From positions 3,555-67,554 of the forward strand of contig DASRUE010000044.1 in NCBI GenBank assembly GCA_035687895.1: a stretch of 64,000 nucleotides of DNA. The letters are read 5' to 3'. The notes under the pieces are model-generated. The model was not told the origin of the DNA. It worked only from the letters and a program-made list of their open reading frames with translations, and searched no databases. The DNA comes from Bacteroidota bacterium. GTDB taxonomy: Bacteria > Bacteroidota > Ignavibacteria > UBA10030 > UBA6906. The translations under genes and the position numbers were made by a program. Shown in pieces: positions 63,139 to 64,000 of this stretch; position 1 is the stretch's first letter; the number at the start of each line of letters is the position of its first letter.

Positions 63139-64000
63139 ATGAAGTTTCCAGGTTTCATGAAAGGCAAAGAGATCCGGCCGACATGGAGATACCACGCCAG
63201 CGGTATAATTTGGCGTGTTGTCCCGACGGGATCAGGGAAGTTGGTTGGTGAAGATAGAGATGTTGACCGGAAGCAAGCGACATTCTTTTGTGTAAGCCAG
63301 ACCAGTGGCGAAGTTCTCTGGCAAGGGGTTGAGTTCTCCGAGCGATGGTGGATTGGTATCGAGGCCATTCATCGTGACGTAGTGTTGTTGCATGGCTTTG
63401 CCAAGCCGGATATGCCGGAACATAAAGGAGTATTCGCGGTTGACCTCCTCACAGGGACGAAGCTCTGGTCGAACGACGAGTGCAAGTTCCTCGTCGCGGA
63501 AGACGACGTGGTGCTCGCCGCCAAGGACTCGCTGGAAGGCAACATCATTCTTGAACTTGAATATAGGACAGGTGCCATCCTACGATCGTGGGGAAACAAT
63601 AGTCAAGTTGTTCGTGATGCACGGAACCGGATCTCGTCCAGACCGTCTGATGCAATGGAGTTCCCGGTGCCACTTGGGCGGATCGACAACGGTGAAAGTG
63701 AGGCGGCAGATTTGGTGCGCAGCTATTGCACCAACAAATCAATCGTGGGACTCGTAGAAGTTCTGGATAACGAAGATACCATCGTTGTGAACTATCACGA
63801 GCGCATGGGGCAAGGGGAGGACACAGCTCTCCATCTGAAGAACACCATTGCAGTTCTTGAACGGGAATCCGGTAGCGTCTTGTTGCATGAGACAATCAAC
63901 GAAGATGTCCAAGCTATTGCCCCTGAATCATTCTTCGTTCAGCATGGCACACTTTTCTACATCAAGAATCGCAACACGCTGACTGCCGTAAGCTTGGCTG
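63139..64000 (+). CDS. DUF4905-like protein (3' end runs off the window)
   Basis: This ORF is absent from the ORF track because it has no stop in the window. ATG 63139 opens MKFPGFMKGKEIRPTWRYHASGIIWRVVPTGSGKLVGEDRDVDRKQATFFCVSQTSGEVLWQGVEFSERWWIGIEAIHRDVVLLHGFAKPDMPEHKGVFAVD..., which matches my memory of the Bacteroidota DUF4905 pattern (IWR...E.R......F.......G......E.WWIGIE...........F..PD.P.HKG). Confidence 0.6.
   Translation, partial: MKFPGFMKGKEIRPTWRYHASGIIWRVVPTGSGKLVGEDRDVDRKQATFFCVSQTSGEVLWQGVEFSERWWIGIEAIHRDVVLLHGFAKPDMPEHKGVFAVDLLTGTKLWSNDECKFLVAEDDVVLAAKDSLEGNIILELEYRTGAILRSWGNNSQVVRDARNRISSRPSDAMEFPVPLGRIDNGESEAADLVRSYCTNKSIVGLVEVLDNEDTIVVNYHERMGQGEDTALHLKNTIAVLERESGSVLLHETINEDVQAIAPESFFVQHGTLFYIKNRNTLTAVSLA

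Noticed and set aside
1-64000. CRISPR arrays, tRNA/rRNA genes, IS elements or prophage genes
   Set aside because: Scanning the intergenic regions larger than 100 nt by eye found none of these. There were no regularly spaced direct repeats, no tRNA-like T-arm/acceptor patterns, no transposase or integrase ORFs and no phage structural genes. A tRNAscan/Infernal/ISfinder run would be needed for certainty.

Overview
This 64-kb window is a chromosomal segment, most likely from an FCB-group bacterium (Ignavibacteria/Bacteroidota-like). That placement is inferred from a T9SS-type C-terminal sorting domain, a DUF4905-like gene and a TamB-type gene, and is not verified. It holds about 55 densely packed protein-coding genes on both strands. 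I saw no rRNA, tRNA or CRISPR array. Most of the window is housekeeping or envelope biology: purA, secDF, a ppiD-like gene, aroK, split hldA/hldC, tamB, rnr, radA, rdgB, an M1 aminopeptidase and a family-5 UDG.

Three parts stand out:
1. The AT-richer left edge (1-2.4 kb) looks like an integron-type gene-cassette array. Three same-strand single-gene cassettes are each followed by a 133-144 bp attC-like structured site (GCATAAC...GTTATGC). They encode a GNAT, an HhH/OGG-fold protein, and an NDT/TIR-like protein with an unknown C-terminal domain. No integrase is in view and the array runs off the window start.
2. The region 41.8-56.2 kb is an osmoadaptation-flavoured island. It holds MscS, a DUF5752-like + TreT + fused OtsA-OtsB operon, a PRC-barrel protein, two cation/proton antiporters, an APC permease-Usp fusion, a small MscS-related protein and a fungal-neutral-trehalase-like GH37 trehalase. 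It also holds two decayed transporter gene fragments.
3. There is a 1043-aa MA-peptidase/PD40-propeller/Omp85-barrel fusion protein, and a TatT-type TRAP transporter divergent from a two-component system.

All functional calls come from motif recognition by eye. No searches or computations were run.
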